Below are positions 35,419 to 36,469 of a DNA stretch of 36,469 nucleotides, one piece after another. Numbering within the stretch: the stretch's first letter is position 1; each line of letters starts with the position of its first letter. Location of the stretch: assembly GCA_003990765.1 (NCBI GenBank), contig RBNJ01000218.1, positions 1 through 36,469 on the forward strand, written 5' to 3'. Below the pieces are notes generated by a model, which made no database searches, was not told the origin of the DNA, and was given only the letters and a program-made list of their open reading frames with translations. The position numbers and the translations under genes were made by a program. The DNA comes from Jimgerdemannia flammicorona. Lineage: Eukaryota.

Positions 35419-36469
35419 CTTAGAGATATTCATATTGGTGGCAACAAGTTAGTAGAATATTCTCTATCTAGAGCAATGGAATGGATCCAGATGAGTCCAC
35501 TTGAGAGGTGGCCAGTTGGATGGCAGAAGGCTGGGTTTGGGAAAGATTGAGAGTAGGGTTAGGTTTAGGGTTGGGAGACCTCTTTGCTCAAGGTTGTACC
35601 ACCAAAGTTCTGAGTGGTATGGTGGAGATTTATACAGAGGAATGTTATGTATGCTGAGATACAGAATAGGGTGAATAGAGGCCAAAGGTATAAAAGAATA
35701 TAAGTGGTGTTGTGAGCTAGATGGGGGTATGGTGCAGATGCTAGAGTATATTGTAGTAGCATGTTCAGGGGTTGAGAGATTTTAGCAGATATTGGAAAGT
35801 TATTGGAGTGGCAAGAGTGAGCAAGCAGGGGGCCCCACCAGTCAGGTGGTCAAGTGGCAACTGGTGGGAGAGATTGGAGACATTTGGGGTAGCCTGGGCT
35901 AGATTATTGACATTTGGGTCCTGATGGCAGTGTACTGGTGGTGGGTGTTCAAGAAAGATCCTTAGATGGGAATTGGTGAATTGGTGGAGTAGTGGAAGGG
36001 ACTACTTCTGGAAGTGGTGCAAGAGTGGTGGTATCAGGGGAAGAGGCATCAGTTAGGGGCCATGAGGAAGATACTAGACATTATTCAGAGGAGTCAGAAG
36101 CACCTAGTGCTTGGTGAGAAGTGGGTATAGTGGAAAGAAGGTGTGGGATGATGGGCCCTTCCTTGTATTTGTAGTTATAGTAATTATCAGTTCCAGTCAT
36201 GTTGTATTAAATAGTTTCATAATAAAGGAGTCCAAGTGACTATAAAAAAAAAAAAAAAAATAATAATATAATAACTAGAAATTTCTCACATTAGAACTAA
36301 TGCTACTTGTTGAATTTTTCATAGTTGCTCATAAGAGTGGCTAGATCAATATAGGTAAAGATCATATATTGAATCGTTCAACCAAGTACTGGAATGAGTG
36401 AAGCTCTTCTATTGTAGCTTTGTAGATTTCAAGAGAGGTTCTTGGACATATTTTTATCAAGATGAGAGT

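Larger units (their letters stand above)
31505..36180 (+). pseudogene. LINE ORF2 (APE endonuclease + reverse transcriptase), heavily decayed and interrupted by two MITEs
   Basis: Motifs ILSLNI, DVVFLQ, GG.FN, RINWILV, SDH (~32182), RWLEEGEQPTKYF, GLPWEFWKKF, LLYKEKGD..LLNVDRKLVSKIL, DQEKAYDRV (33922), G.LQRDPL.PLLY and AFTDN (FADD-like, 34213). Confidence 0.88.
30051..36260 (+). mobile_element. Decayed non-LTR retrotransposon (L1/Tx1-like LINE); 5' boundary approximate
   Basis: ORF1-like region followed by APE endonuclease and RT motifs, AATAAA at 36221-36226 and an A17 tail at 36244-36260. Confidence 0.88.

Noticed and set aside
36261..36469. Sequence after the LINE tail as a gene or the continuation of A
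   Set aside because: It has no sustained ORF or recognisable motif on either strand and is too short to call.

Overview
This window is eukaryotic, probably fungal (inferred from chromodomain-type Ty3/Gypsy elements), and consists almost entirely of nested, decayed transposons with no recognisable host gene. An old Gypsy element A (304-2932, resuming 29472-~30050) was interrupted by chromovirus B (2933-29466, + strand, TSD CAGAT, ~2.07-kb LTRs). B's 3' LTR was hit by an inverted sister copy C (13467-29339, - strand, TSD TGTAG). C's integrase was then hit by an unrelated chromovirus D (16998-23029, TSD TTCAG, 403-bp LTRs). Downstream is an L1/Tx1-like LINE (~30051-36260, poly-A tail) carrying two fold-back hAT-type MITEs. 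A third element with the same terminal repeat ends at position 303. All copies are degraded, mainly by C>T/G>A transitions. Four points stand out. (1) All four B/C LTRs carry the same indel-free 365-codon U3 ORF with two PPxY motifs and an apparent promoter of its own. (2) All three Gypsy families encode dUTPase, in two different positions. (3) Families A and B/C share a small C-x-H-x12-C-x2-C module next to the dUTPase. (4) B/C have an AUG-depleted ~285-codon open leader in frame with gag.
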